From Acidobacteriota bacterium (GTDB taxonomy: Bacteria; Acidobacteriota; CAIWXX01), in contig JBFMAF010000008.1 in NCBI GenBank assembly GCA_040755995.1, positions 202,549 to 266,548 of the forward strand: 64,000 bases of DNA. The letters run 5' to 3'. Of this stretch, positions 53,250 through 63,993 are shown piece after piece (position 1 is the stretch's first letter; each line of letters begins with the position of its first letter). Under the pieces are notes generated by a model that saw only the letters and a program-made list of their open reading frames with translations, did not search any database and was not told where the DNA came from. The translations under genes were made by a program, and so were the position numbers.

Positions 53250-54056
53250 GTGAGTGTCGTCCAGCGTTTCGAGCACGACGGCGTCGAAGGGCTGCGCGTG
53301 GGCCGGTTCAAGTCGCGGATCAATACCACGTGCGTGCTATACCGGATCGGCGACACGATCATCGACACAGGCCCGCCTAACCAGTGGCCGTTCACACGGA
53401 GCTACCTGCGGGAACGTGAAATCCGCCGCGTCCTGCTCACGCATCACCACGAAGACCACAGCGGGAACGGCAGCGCGATCCAGGGCGAGCTCGGGATCGA
53501 CGTGTTCGCGCCGGCTGAGGGCCTGGACCACCTGTCCAAGGGCTACACTGTACATCTATACCGGCGCATAGTCTGGGGGAAACCGCGCCTCTTCGAGGCG
53601 GCCGCCGTGCCGGATCAGCTCGCCAACGGCGACGGGCTGCGCATCGTGACGATCCGCGCCCACGGCCACAGCGACGACCTCGTCTGCTACCTCGTACCCG
53701 AGAAGGGGGCACTTTTCACGGGAGACCTCTTCGTGGCGAGCAAGCCGCAGTACCTCCGGGTCGACGAGAACCCGCTCCTCGAAATGGAGAGCCTCAGGCT
53801 GATCCTTCGGCAGGACTTCCGGGTTATCTTCTGCGCCCACCGCGGCATCGTCCCGGATGGACGCAAGGCCCTCCAGGAGAAGCTCGACTACCTCGAGGCA
53901 CTCCGGGAACGAGTGCGGGATCTCCTGCGACACGGCCAGTCGGTGCCGGAGATCGCCCGGCGAGTCCTCGGCAAGGACGGCTTCCTGTGCTGGCTCAGCG
54001 GCGGCCACTTCTCGAAGGCGAACATGATCGCTGCGTTGGCCCGCGGGGGTAGTTGA
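53250..54056 (+). CDS. MBL-fold metallo-hydrolase
   Basis: IDTG, THHHEDH, GHS, TGD and CAH. Confidence 0.9.
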   Translation: MSVVQRFEHDGVEGLRVGRFKSRINTTCVLYRIGDTIIDTGPPNQWPFTRSYLREREIRRVLLTHHHEDHSGNGSAIQGELGIDVFAPAEGLDHLSKGYTVHLYRRIVWGKPRLFEAAAVPDQLANGDGLRIVTIRAHGHSDDLVCYLVPEKGALFTGDLFVASKPQYLRVDENPLLEMESLRLILRQDFRVIFCAHRGIVPDGRKALQEKLDYLEALRERVRDLLRHGQSVPEIARRVLGKDGFLCWLSGGHFSKANMIAALARGGS

Positions 54057-54116
54057 CGTTGCCACTGAAGTTGACGTCTCGCCCCCTCGGAGGTCAGATC
54101 CGTGGGCTGGCTGAAG

Positions 54117-54140
54117 AGGGTGCGCGCCGCGCGCCCCTAC
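54117..54140 (-). repeat. GTAG-type REP-like palindrome
   Basis: Minus strand GTAGGGGCGCGCGGCGCGCACCCT, between convergent genes; similar to 15239-15264. Confidence 0.5.
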
Positions 54141-54212
54141 GTGTACGGTCTCTCCGCGGGTTCGCCTTGTTGACGCGCACGCTGGTGGCAACAGGGCGGC
54201 TGCGCCGTTGAT

Positions 54213-55772
54213 TCAACGCTTGGACCGGGCGCGGATCGAATCTGCCGCCTTCTTTGCCGCGGCGCGCACTGTTGAGGAGGCGTCGCGTCGTGCCATCGTG
54301 TCGAGGGTCTTGAGGGCATCCGACTCTCCGGCTCGCGCCAGTACCAGACACGCCGCGCGTCTCATCTCTGAAGTCTTGCTGCCGAGCGCCTCCAGCACGG
54401 AAGCCTTCGCCTCCGGCGTCTGGGACTCGCCGAGCCGGCTCAGGGCCTCCACCGAGAAAGGATCCGCTTCAAGCTGCACAACGCGCACCAACGCCTCGAC
54501 CGCAGCCGGCGTGGCCAGCTTCCCGGCGGCATCGATGCAGGCCATCGCCGTGTCTGGGTCAGTGCTCAGTCCGGCTTGCATCAAGGCCTTTAGCTTACCC
54601 AGCACGACCGGCTCGGTCTGGCCTGGATCAGCCGCCGCCAGGAACACAAGGGCCCCGGTGTCTCCCTTTTCGAACGCTTGCTTGAAGTCGCTCGAACTGG
54701 ACGGATCATGAAGCGCGGCCAGAGCGGCCTCTGCGGCCCGGCGCCGCCGGATATCGCTCTCGTTGGCAAGCGCCTCCTTGAGCGCCGGCGCGAAACGCGC
54801 GTCCGGGTGCTGCTCGATCCACTCGAGCAGGAACACACGGCTATCGACGGCGTACTCGCCATCTTCGACAAGAAATGCCGCGTTGGGCCGGAGAAGAGAT
54901 GCGATCTGTCCTTCGATCTTGTCTGCCGGGTAGCGCAGCAGAGCTCGCATCGCGAAACTCCGCAACCGGTCGCGCTGCGGCACGGCGGGCGGATCGGTCT
55001 CGCGAGGCGTGAGAGCCGCAATCGCATCACGAAGCGCTTCGTCGCGCTTCATCAGCGACAGGGCCTCCAGCGCAATCGATCGGCTCTCGGCCACCGTCGA
55101 CTTGAGCATCGCGAGCAGCGCAGGCACGCACGACGAGTCTCCGGACCGTCCTATGACCCCTGCCACCGCCAGCCGGTCCTCGAAGGCCGGGATGAGGTCG
55201 AGGTTGCTCAGGAGCGCCGATGCGATCTTGGTCTTGCGCATGAGCAAGCCTGCCGATTCAACAGCCTGCTCGAACGCCTCCCGGTTTCGCTCCTGGGCCA
55301 GGGCTTTGACTAAGATGTCCTTGCGGTCGCTCAGGCCGAGCTTCCCGACAAGGTAGAAACCGAGCTCGCGATCGGCGGCACGGAAATTCGTGAGCATTCC
55401 GGGGATGAGCGCGCTGATGCGGGAGGTGTCGTTGCAGGCCCCAAGCGCCTCCTTCACGACCCAGCGGGCCGAGGCGGTGTCCTCTTTCTGCTTCCTCAGT
55501 ATCAGCTCGATCGCCGGGTCACTTCCCCGTCTGGCAAGGATCACGCAGAGTCCTCTCTGTAGCTCCTCGTTGTAGCCAGCGGCGGGGGCCTTCAGGATTC
55601 TTGCGAATTCGGAAAGCGCCTCGTCAGGATAGCCGTCCATCATCCTGCTCGCGGCCGACAGCCGCCGGCTCGTCTCTGTGGAGTACAGGTCGGCCCGGAT
55701 CTGTGCGAGAGGCTCAGAGTTCGCCAACGCAGCGATGCCAAGGAGGCTCGCTACTCGCAAGAGTCTCTTCAT
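54213..55772 (-). CDS. Exported HEAT-repeat protein
   Basis: Signal-like N-terminus; repeated VPALL..L...R..A..AL helices. Confidence 0.75.
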   Translation of the reverse strand: MKRLLRVASLLGIAALANSEPLAQIRADLYSTETSRRLSAASRMMDGYPDEALSEFARILKAPAAGYNEELQRGLCVILARRGSDPAIELILRKQKEDTASARWVVKEALGACNDTSRISALIPGMLTNFRAADRELGFYLVGKLGLSDRKDILVKALAQERNREAFEQAVESAGLLMRKTKIASALLSNLDLIPAFEDRLAVAGVIGRSGDSSCVPALLAMLKSTVAESRSIALEALSLMKRDEALRDAIAALTPRETDPPAVPQRDRLRSFAMRALLRYPADKIEGQIASLLRPNAAFLVEDGEYAVDSRVFLLEWIEQHPDARFAPALKEALANESDIRRRRAAEAALAALHDPSSSSDFKQAFEKGDTGALVFLAAADPGQTEPVVLGKLKALMQAGLSTDPDTAMACIDAAGKLATPAAVEALVRVVQLEADPFSVEALSRLGESQTPEAKASVLEALGSKTSEMRRAACLVLARAGESDALKTLDTMARRDASSTVRAAAKKAADSIRARSKR

Positions 55773-55932
55773 TCGCCGTCCTCCCGATGCCAGGGGTCAT
55801 CATAGGACAGTGACCCGATCCTTTCAAATCCCCTGCGCCGACTGGCCTCGCCAAGGGCCGGCCCTGAGGGCGCGACCGACATGGTAGAATCTGCTCTGAT
55901 TGGCACCGAGAACCAGGAACCGAGAACCAAGA

Positions 55933-56964
55933 ATGGCTGAAACCGCACGCGTGAACGCGGGGCCCGACTACGCGGACCTGCACCGGCACCTGGGAGGTGC
56001 CGTGCATCCGAAGGTTCTGTTCGGCTACCTTGCGCAGGGAGGGATCGCGGGTTCTTCGGCGACTTCAGCCGAGCGCGAGATGATCGCGGGAGTGCTCGGA
56101 CGCTTCCCGACCTATCCCGACTTGAAGCGCCACTTCTCGACGCGCCGGCACACGCTCTCCGATTACCTGGAGCTCCACGGGCTGGTGGAACCTCTCCAGA
56201 CGCTCGGGACAATTCGCTACTTCCTGTACCGAATCATCCGTGGCGCGCGCGTCTTCGAACAGACCTCGCTTCTCGAGCTGCGGTTCGCGCCGTTCCTCAG
56301 GACCGATCCCGGCGCTGCAACGCCCGAGCGGTTGAGAGCGATGGAGGCCGTCGTCGAGACGATTGCCGCTGGGGCGCGCGTGCCCGAGTACGCCGTGGAT
56401 GTGCGCCTGGTCCTGTGCCTCCACACGGCGCTGCCGGACGAGGTCAATCGATCGACACTCGACCTGGCTCTGCGGCGCCGCGACCTGGTGCGCGGCATCG
56501 ATATCGCCGGGCAGGAGGCGCCGCTTCGCTCGAGGCTCGACCACTTCCTGGAGCTCTACAGGCGGGCTGCGGACGCGTACCTTCCGGCTACAGCCCATCT
56601 CGGAGAGACCTCGCCCGGGTTTATCCACCCCGAGCTGTTTCCATATCTGCGGCGGATCGGGCACGGTGTTCAGATCCCTCTGCATCGCCCGGAGCTTCTG
56701 CCCGAGCTGCGACGGCGCCAGATCTGTTTCGAGCTCTGTCCGGGCACGTACATCCAGACGGGCACCTTCCCCGACTATGCGCCCATTCGCGAAGTCACGC
56801 GCCGCCTCGACGATGCCGGAGTGGACTACTGCTTCTGCACGGACAACCCCGCATTCAACGGGCGATACCTGCAAGCCGAGCACGAGGTGGCGCTGGAAAA
56901 CGACCTCATCGATTTCCACGGGTTGGTGCGCTGCCAGCGCAACGCATTCGCCCACGCATTCTGA
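55933..56964 (+). CDS. Adenosine/adenine deaminase family protein
   Basis: DLHRHLGG, ELRFAP, GIDIAG, HLGE, RIGHG and TDNP. Confidence 0.88.
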   Translation: MAETARVNAGPDYADLHRHLGGAVHPKVLFGYLAQGGIAGSSATSAEREMIAGVLGRFPTYPDLKRHFSTRRHTLSDYLELHGLVEPLQTLGTIRYFLYRIIRGARVFEQTSLLELRFAPFLRTDPGAATPERLRAMEAVVETIAAGARVPEYAVDVRLVLCLHTALPDEVNRSTLDLALRRRDLVRGIDIAGQEAPLRSRLDHFLELYRRAADAYLPATAHLGETSPGFIHPELFPYLRRIGHGVQIPLHRPELLPELRRRQICFELCPGTYIQTGTFPDYAPIREVTRRLDDAGVDYCFCTDNPAFNGRYLQAEHEVALENDLIDFHGLVRCQRNAFAHAF

Positions 56965-57113
56965 GGCGCTGCGCGCCGGCGACAGGGTGCCGGTCGCACT
57001 GACGACCGGGCGAGTCTGCTGCCCTCCGGTGATGCGCAGGGCACATTGGGGGCCGACCGGCGTGGCAGATCACAGGAGTGTGCCGAGGCACGCAGGTCAC
57101 CCGAAGGGCGGCG

Positions 57114-59123
57114 CTACGCCGGCTGAGGCGATTCCACCAGGCTCTCGACGGTCTCGACCAGGTCCTCCGAGCGGAACGGCTTCGAGATGTACGCGGTGAT
57201 CTCCTCTTCGCCGAGCTGGCTCGCCAGCTCGTACGGAGCGAAGCCGGATATGATGACAAACTGCGCCGCGGGATTGATGCCCCTGACAGACTTGATTAGG
57301 TCGATGCCGTTCATGCCCGGGATCGCGATGTCGATGATATAGAGCGAGCACGCGTCGCTCTTGACCTTCTCGAGCGCTTCCTTTCCGCCAGCCGACGTTT
57401 CCACCTGCCAGCCCTTCATGACCAGGAGGTCGCGGACGGCTGACAGGATATCGGGCTCGTCCTCGACGACCATGACGCGTCGCGTCTTGAGCGGCACGGG
57501 GCGCCGGTGCGGCGGTCGTATGCCCTTGCCGGGCCATGGCCGCACGGGCAGCTGGATCCTGAAGGTGGCTCCACCGTCCTCGTTGTTTTCAGCGACTATC
57601 TCGCCTTCGTGATTCTTCACGATACCCTGAGCCACGGCGAGCCCGAGTCCCACGCCGGGGGTGGACTCGGGTCCAAGCGGAGCCTTGGTTGTGCAGAATG
57701 GATCGAAGAGGCGCCCCATCATCTCTGCAGGGATCCCGGGTCCGGTGTCGCGGAAGGTGACCTCGATATTCTGGTCGACGGGGCGGACGAGGACGGTCAG
57801 CCGGCCTCCATGCTGTGTCATGGCGTCCCGCGCGTTGGCGATCACGTTGGCGAATGCCTGCATCAGGCGGTCCGGCTCGGCGCCGATCGTATCCACATCG
57901 GAGAATTTCCGGACGACGGTGATGTTCAGTGTGCTGAAGTCGCGCTTGAAGAGCTCGAGGGCGGTTTCGATCACCTGCCGCACGTCGGTGGGGCGGACGC
58001 GCAGCGGGCTGCGGCTGGCAAAGGTCAGCAGGGCGTCGGTGATCCTCCGCGCCCGGTCGGCGCAGGCGCCGACCGTTTCCGCCGCGTGCCGGATGCGCTC
58101 GCGAGTGGGCGACAACGCGGCGAGCTCCACCTGTCCGCGGACGGCGCAGAGCAGGTTGTTGAACTCGTGGGCGATACCGCCGGCGAGCGTCCCGATGGCT
58201 GTCATCTTCTCGGCCTCGATCGCCGCCTCGCGGGCCCTCTGCAGCTCCGCGGTCCTCTCGGCCACCTTTTGTTCCAGGCTATGGTTGTACTCGGCCACTT
58301 CGGCGCGTGCCTTCGCCAGCTTCGCCGCCATCTCGTTGTATACCTCGCCCAGCCGGCCGATCTCGTCCGAGCGGTTCAGGTCTAGCTTCCGGTCAAGGTT
58401 TCCCGCGGCGACGTCGGCAAGGGCCTCGCTGAGCTTCTGGATAGGCCTGGTGAAATGCCTGGCCAGAAGCACGCTCGCCATTACCGAGAGAGCGGTGGCG
58501 ACCGCGAAGGTCAGCAGCGCGATCAGCTCCATGGTCCGCTCTTCCTGCTTCACGCGCTCGGCGCTCATATCGATTCCCAGAATCCCGACCACTTTCTTCT
58601 GAGCGTCGTAGATGGGGGCGTAGCCTGACAGCCAGGTGCCCCACTTGTCGGTCGTCAGCTCGCGGTCGGCGATCGGGCCGTCGAAGGCGCGCTGCATCTC
58701 GGGAAGATCTTCGATCTCGTACGGTTCGCCCACACGGGCATGGCGTTCCTGTGGCTCAAGCACACCGTTTCCGTCGAGATCGACGTCGTCCTGTTCATCG
58801 ACGACGAATTCGTAGACGTCGGGCGAAGCTGAGCGCCTCATCGTGTATATGTATCGGACGTCCGGATTGCTGAGCCGGATGCTGCGCAGAGTGGACTTGA
58901 TATCGGCGTACTCGGGTTTCTGCTCATCCGCCGCGGTGCGGATCCTGCTCAACTTCTCGCCGTCCACCATCAGAGCTCCCGTTGCTGCGATGCCCACGAG
59001 CCGGCTCCGCAGATTGTCCCGTTGGACGTAGTGCGCCCTGGTAAAGAACAGGTTGATTGTGACGAATGAGAGCAGAACGAGCACGCCGCTCATTCCCACA
59101 AACAGTTTTGTACTAAATTTCAC
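57114..59123 (-). CDS. Hybrid sensor histidine kinase (Cache-like, HAMP, HisKA, HATPase, REC)
   Basis: Two TMs, DEIGRL, AHEFNN, NARDA, DTGPGI, GLGL and a REC domain (VEDE..IDIAIPGMNG..KPF). Start uncertain (59123 or 59171). Confidence 0.92.
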   Translation of the reverse strand: MKFSTKLFVGMSGVLVLLSFVTINLFFTRAHYVQRDNLRSRLVGIAATGALMVDGEKLSRIRTAADEQKPEYADIKSTLRSIRLSNPDVRYIYTMRRSASPDVYEFVVDEQDDVDLDGNGVLEPQERHARVGEPYEIEDLPEMQRAFDGPIADRELTTDKWGTWLSGYAPIYDAQKKVVGILGIDMSAERVKQEERTMELIALLTFAVATALSVMASVLLARHFTRPIQKLSEALADVAAGNLDRKLDLNRSDEIGRLGEVYNEMAAKLAKARAEVAEYNHSLEQKVAERTAELQRAREAAIEAEKMTAIGTLAGGIAHEFNNLLCAVRGQVELAALSPTRERIRHAAETVGACADRARRITDALLTFASRSPLRVRPTDVRQVIETALELFKRDFSTLNITVVRKFSDVDTIGAEPDRLMQAFANVIANARDAMTQHGGRLTVLVRPVDQNIEVTFRDTGPGIPAEMMGRLFDPFCTTKAPLGPESTPGVGLGLAVAQGIVKNHEGEIVAENNEDGGATFRIQLPVRPWPGKGIRPPHRRPVPLKTRRVMVVEDEPDILSAVRDLLVMKGWQVETSAGGKEALEKVKSDACSLYIIDIAIPGMNGIDLIKSVRGINPAAQFVIISGFAPYELASQLGEEEITAYISKPFRSEDLVETVESLVESPQPA

Positions 59124-59309
59124 CTGTCCCCCTCCGCCCATCGCCCGTGCGGGGGTATGGATGCCATACATAGTCTAGCAGAATGTAGCCGCGAGGTAAA
59201 AGAACTTTCCTGGCCCACTGGCCCACTCGCCGAACGCGAGCGGAAAACGCTCTGGGGGCGTGCACGACCGAAGCGGGGCCGGTTCGGACCGGACTGGCGT
59301 ACTCTGGCC

Positions 59310-60233
59310 TCACCTTCTCCTGTACACGTCGGTGCTCAGGTACTTGAGGCCGGAGTCGGCCATCAGTGTTACAACCTTGGCTCCCGGCTCCAGCCGTTCG
59401 GCGACTCGAATCGCTGCGACCACGTTCGCTCCGGATGAGGTCCCTGCGAACAGGGCCTCCTCCCGCGCCAGGCGTCTCGTCATCTCCTTCGCGTCGCCTG
59501 TGCTGACCGCCAGAATCTCGTCTACGAGAGCCGGCTCCCAGAGTGGAGGTGTGTAGCCGATCCCAACTCCCTCGATCTTGTGAGGGCCAGGCTGACCGCC
59601 AAGCAACACCGAGGATTCCGCGGGTTCGACGACGGCTATCTTGATGCTCGGTTTGTATCGCTTCAGCACAGTGGCTACGCCACGCGAAGAAGCCGCCGTA
59701 CCTACGCAATGAACGAAGGCGTCGATCTCCCCCTTCGTTTGGCTCCAGATCTCCTCGCCGAGCGCGTAGTAGCCGGCGATGCTGTCATGGTTGTTGAGCT
59801 GGTCGGTCCAGTAGGTGTGAGGCTCCTGGCTCAACCTGCGGGCGGCCTCGATCATGTCCAGGATCAGCTTCTTGGTGGTGAGGCCTCCTTCGCTGGGGAC
59901 GAGCGTCAGCTCGGCGCCGAGCGCCGCCATGTGATCTCGCTTTTCCTGGCTGAACGCTTCGGAGGTGACGATCTTGAGCCGGTAGCCTCTGGCGGCGCAA
60001 ACCATTGCAAGCGAAGTCCCCGTGCTGCCGCCCGTGTACTCGACGACTGTCCCTCCGGGCTCCAGTCTCCCGTCCGCTTCTGCCCGTGAAATCACGGCCT
60101 GCGCCATGCGGTCCTTCATGCTGCCGGTTGGATTCTCCCACTCGAGCTTCACGAGGATGTCCGCACAACCCGGTGGAACGACCTTGCGAAGTCGAACGAG
60201 CGATGTGTTTCCAATGGCGTGGAGAATGTCCAT
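59310..60233 (-). CDS. cysK: PLP-dependent cysteine synthase family protein
   Basis: IGNT.LVRL, KLE..NPTGSMKDR, VGT, HKIEGVG and GTSSGAN; divergent TGGSTG loop. Confidence 0.85.
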   Translation of the reverse strand: MDILHAIGNTSLVRLRKVVPPGCADILVKLEWENPTGSMKDRMAQAVISRAEADGRLEPGGTVVEYTGGSTGTSLAMVCAARGYRLKIVTSEAFSQEKRDHMAALGAELTLVPSEGGLTTKKLILDMIEAARRLSQEPHTYWTDQLNNHDSIAGYYALGEEIWSQTKGEIDAFVHCVGTAASSRGVATVLKRYKPSIKIAVVEPAESSVLLGGQPGPHKIEGVGIGYTPPLWEPALVDEILAVSTGDAKEMTRRLAREEALFAGTSSGANVVAAIRVAERLEPGAKVVTLMADSGLKYLSTDVYRRR

Positions 60234-60898
60234 GTTGTGAGCCCTCCCTCCGCTGGCTGGTTTCGTCGACCTGCCCAGTCTACTATGCGCGCATCTCGGT
60301 GTCATCAAAGCTGCTGCCTCGACGCCGGGAACAGTTGGCAGCCGGCCGATTCGAGTCGCGGCCGCAGAGAATTGGCGCGGTTAGGAAGGGTCGGGGGCGA
60401 CGAGACTGGTGTTTTCGTAGCAGGGCCGCCGCAGATTTTCAGATTTCCGGCGCGAGGGCGCAGGTGGTTGGCTCTGGACGGTCTGGGGGTTGCGGCCTTG
60501 CATCCGTGGCAAGAAGCGCGGACCCGAGCGCGAGCTGGGATGTCGGCCACAGTCGGGACGTTCACGTACCAACAGCCGCTGAAAAGCAGATGCGGTGTCC
60601 GTGCTGCGGTCCTCGGCGGCGCAGCCCTGGATCGCTCTGCAAGTCGGCGGGCAGAGCTCCGCCCTGCTGCTCCCGCAAACGACGCATGGCCTGACTCCCT
60701 GCCCGTCGATCGATTCTGACGGTCAGGATCGCGCCTGATTTGGTGGTTGATCCAGATGCGAGTGGCTGGTATGGTGCTTGCCAGCATCGCAGAATACGCC
60801 ATTCCCGTTTCTGGTTGGCCACGACAACAAGGGTGGGCTTGCTTTGGTCATCATGAATCACTATGATGAATGGCGATTAGGAGCCAATGAGGTGTTCA

Positions 60899-61147
60899 AT
60901 GAGTACTAAGGTGCTGACCGCGCACGTACCGATGCCGCTTGCAAAGAAGGTCGATCAGATGGCCGCGCGCCTGGAGCGTTCGCGGGGATGGATCGTGAAG
61001 CAGGCCCTATCGGCGTGGATCGATCAGGAAGAGGAACGCCGGAAGCTTACCCTGGAAGCCCTGGCTGATGTCGATGCCGGCAACGTTATCGACCACCAGG
61101 CAGTGCAGGCGTGGGCCGATAGTCTCGATAGCGGCAAAGACCGATGA
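60899..61147 (+). CDS. CopG/RHH antitoxin
   Basis: VLTAHVP..LA.KVD.MA.RLERSRGWIVKQAL...LEALADVDAG.VIDH. Confidence 0.88.
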   Translation: MSTKVLTAHVPMPLAKKVDQMAARLERSRGWIVKQALSAWIDQEEERRKLTLEALADVDAGNVIDHQAVQAWADSLDSGKDR

Positions 61148-61422
61148 TGGAGCTGAAGTGGACCAGCAAGGCGGAGTCGGATCTGGAGCGGCTGTTCGAG
61201 TTCCTGGCACCGGTCAACAGGCGAGCTGCCGCGCGCGCCGTGCAGGTGCTGGCCGCCGCGCCGAAACGCCTCCTGGAACACCCACGCATGGGTGAGCGAC
61301 TGGAAGAGTTCGAACCGCGCGAGGTGCGCCGCATCCTCGTCGGTCACTACGAAATGCGCTACGAGATTCAGGAATCCACGATCTACATCCTGCGAATCTG
61401 GCATACTCGCGAGAACCGTTGA
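61144..61422 (+). CDS. RelE/ParE family toxin
   Basis: LKWTSKA.SDL.RL..FL...HPR.G...YEMRY...ILRIWH.RE; overlaps the antitoxin. Confidence 0.9.
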   Translation: MMELKWTSKAESDLERLFEFLAPVNRRAAARAVQVLAAAPKRLLEHPRMGERLEEFEPREVRRILVGHYEMRYEIQESTIYILRIWHTRENR

Positions 61423-61483
61423 AGCCCCACATTAGCGGAGTCTGAGGGCATAGCCCCCGGGCAAGGCGGCAGGAAGCCGCCGG

Positions 61484-62335
61484 GTGGTCCTCGTGCGCGC
61501 TACGATGCACGCATGGGATAGGCAATACGTCCCCTCCCCCTCATGCATAGCGCGCCAGAATGCATCGTGGGGACGCCTGAGGATACCCCAACAGGTCGCC
61601 CTCCTCAGGGTCTTCGTTTCCGCTTCTACGGTCCGCAACATCCTCAACAGGCCGATGCCCGCAGACACCGACACCAGACCTCGGACGCCGGAGACACACC
61701 CCAAGCCGGAGCCGCCGAAACACATCCGCGCCGACCATCCCAATCACGTCTGGAGCGCGGACCTCACAACGGTTCGCACATGGATCTTCTTCCGCACCGA
61801 AGTCTTCGCGGTCATCGATCACTTCTCGCGCAAACTCGTCACACTGGTTCCCCTGAGCCGCCCCAACGCAACCTCTATCATGGAAGCTCTGGACGGCGCT
61901 TTCCAGCGCTACGGTTGCCCCAAACACTTCGTGACCGACAAAGCCCCGGTCTTCACTGGCCCGGCTTTCGCGGGATTCCTCGGCAAGCATGGCGTCAAGC
62001 ACCGAACTGGCGCAGTTGGCCAGCATGGGTCCATCTCGATCACGGAGCGGCTATTCGAGAGCTTCAAGTACGAGTGGCTCCGTCGTGTGCCCTTCATTCG
62101 CGGGTTTGCTCATCTCCTCGAGCTATGCAATTCGTTTGCGACCTGGTACGGCCAGTGGCGCCCTCACCAGGGAATCGCCGGCGGGCTGCCTGATGACGCG
62201 CACATGAGTGGCACACTCTCTCCGCCCTTGGCGGGTGTGGATCGATCTCGGGCGAAGACAGTGCCATCGAAGATCGAGACGATCCACTTCGCCGACACCG
62301 GCACGACCGCCTGGCGCATCCCTCGCGCCGCGTAG
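61484..62335 (+). mobile_element. rve (DDE) integrase-core transposase, probably 5'-truncated IS remnant
   Basis: VWSADLT, IDHFSR, VTDK and ERLFESFKYE. Similarity seems to start mid-HTH (IARQNASWGRLRI); no terminal IRs recognised. Confidence 0.8.
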
Positions 62336-62600
62336 CCCACTCGACACGTCCAAGCTTGGCCGCACGGCGGCATGCGGAGGCCTGCTCAAGTCCGCTTCCG
62401 TGCGCCGATTCGCCCGACCTCGCGCCCTCGGAGTCGGGCGGACCGAGCCAGCTGCGCGGCCATCGCGTCTCATTTCGGACTTGATCTCGGTGCGAAGGCC
62501 GGGTATGGTGTTGCACAACATCGTATGCTACCCTGCTCCCATTTCGGGTTGACTACGACACCAGTTCCGATCCGGTGCCGTCGGACGTGGAGCGCTTCGG

Positions 62601-62927
62601 CTAATACTCGAAGGCAACGGTGTACTTCCAGCTACCGTCGTCCTGGAGCCGTATCTCGTACCTGACTCGTTTCCAGTGCTTGCCGTCACGGCGAAACAGC
62701 GAGCCAAGGTCGTGCGTTGCAGCGTAGAGCTTGTCCGATGGAACCACCGGCTCCTTGTGGCCATCGAGGCTGGAGATCACGTGCGCGTATTTTTCGATCC
62801 CGTCTTCGCTTGAGTACGTTACCTCTAGAGCAGCCGACCGCCACCATTCGGGCGTGAGCTCGACCACCTCGTTGACGATCGCTTCGTCGATCGGTGCTTC
62901 CTCTTCCTGAAGCCTGCCCACCATCAC
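62601..62927 (-). CDS. Putative immunity protein for the adjacent Rhs toxin
   Basis: Small acidic ORF 13 bp downstream of the toxin stop, on the same strand. Confidence 0.7.
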   Translation of the reverse strand: MMVGRLQEEEAPIDEAIVNEVVELTPEWWRSAALEVTYSSEDGIEKYAHVISSLDGHKEPVVPSDKLYAATHDLGSLFRRDGKHWKRVRYEIRLQDDGSWKYTVAFEY

Positions 62928-62940
62928 ATGCCCCTTTGGC

Positions 62941-63993
62941 CTACTTGTTCAGAATCGTCTGGCCTGTGACCCGGACGCCGTCTTTCTCGATCCAGTAGGT
63001 GACCGCGAAAGGCCGTGTCTCGCCAACTCTTCGAAGAGGCTCAGCGATGACTCGGACGACGGAGTTCGGATTCTCGGCAGCGATCCGCGACACGAGGTTG
63101 TCGAGCACCTTCTTAGGACCCAGGTTGGACGCCGCGGTCTCGGAGATGATGTTCTCGCAGACGTTCACGAGGCCTGGCTGGTCGACTCCACCTTCCGGAA
63201 TCAGGTGGCCGCGATGTTCTCCAGGCACTCTCTCGCCGACGGGCTCAGGGCGGTATCCCTTGCCTCGGCCGCGGTGAGGTCCAGTAATCCGGCCTTCTGC
63301 GCGAACCGTCAGGCCAGCGTCGTCCACCACATACGAGACATCTAGGGCTGCTGCACTGCTTGGGACGTCGATTAGGTCATCAGCTTTCTTGAACACCTCC
63401 CGAAGGGTCTTCCCACCAACAAAGGGAAGAACAGCAGCAGCAGCCGTAACAGCTCGTTCGAACTTGCTCAGCTTCTCATTCGTGACAAGGTCTCGTCCGG
63501 CGATCGCGGAAGCAGCATCGGTGGCATCCCCGGCAGGTGAAACAGCAATAGCCCATGGTGTGGCTTTTTCCGCGAGTCTGGATGGTGGACCAGTTATCAT
63601 GAACCACTTGATCCACCCCTCGTTGTCTGCCCGATTCTTGTCCGTGTAACCGTACAGTTCGAGCCCCTCCATGGCGATGGCGTGACTGAACCCTCCTCGA
63701 GTCAGCCGGAGGTACTCGCCGATCACCTCTTCAGGCGGTCTGAGGAACTTCAGTCCCAGCGGATCGGTCATGTTCCCCGGGTTGTTGCCGAATCCCTGGT
63801 ACAGGCTCATGGAATCGGCGTAGCCCAAGGGGTCAGGCTGGAGGAATCTGCCGAGCTCGGGGCTGAGGTATCTATGCCTGATTAGATGCCCTACGCGGCT
63901 TTCCCGCCATCCCGGCACCCCGGAATCAACTACTTCCGCGGCGCTTGCAGCGAAAGGAGAATCGGTTCTGCGAGCCGATCTTGCTGATTCCAC
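62941..63993 (-). CDS. Rhs-associated core end + pre-toxin TG-like region + HNH-type (Endonuclease_NS_2-like) toxin; 5' end uncertain, frame open to the window edge
   Basis: RY..PELGRFLQPDP.G...LY....NNP....DPLGL; GD..DA..AI.GRDLVT.EKLS..ER; EHRGHLI...N..N. Confidence 0.85.
   Translation of the reverse strand: MESARSARRTDSPFAASAAEVVDSGVPGWRESRVGHLIRHRYLSPELGRFLQPDPLGYADSMSLYQGFGNNPGNMTDPLGLKFLRPPEEVIGEYLRLTRGGFSHAIAMEGLELYGYTDKNRADNEGWIKWFMITGPPSRLAEKATPWAIAVSPAGDATDAASAIAGRDLVTNEKLSKFERAVTAAAAVLPFVGGKTLREVFKKADDLIDVPSSAAALDVSYVVDDAGLTVRAEGRITGPHRGRGKGYRPEPVGERVPGEHRGHLIPEGGVDQPGLVNVCENIISETAASNLGPKKVLDNLVSRIAAENPNSVVRVIAEPLRRVGETRPFAVTYWIEKDGVRVTGQTILNK

Noticed and set aside
53190..53250. 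preQ1 riboswitch upstream of queE
   Set aside because: The spacer is only ~60 bp between divergent genes and lacks a recognisable stem plus A-rich tail.
60240..60880. Possible gene or ncRNA in the ~650-bp gap after cysK
   Set aside because: Its ORFs lack motifs and I recognised no RNA family; left unassigned.
62505..62535. Weak dif/Xer-like site (GCACAACATCGTATGC) downstream of the transposase
   Set aside because: Arm spacing and sequence fit the 11-6-11 dif consensus poorly.
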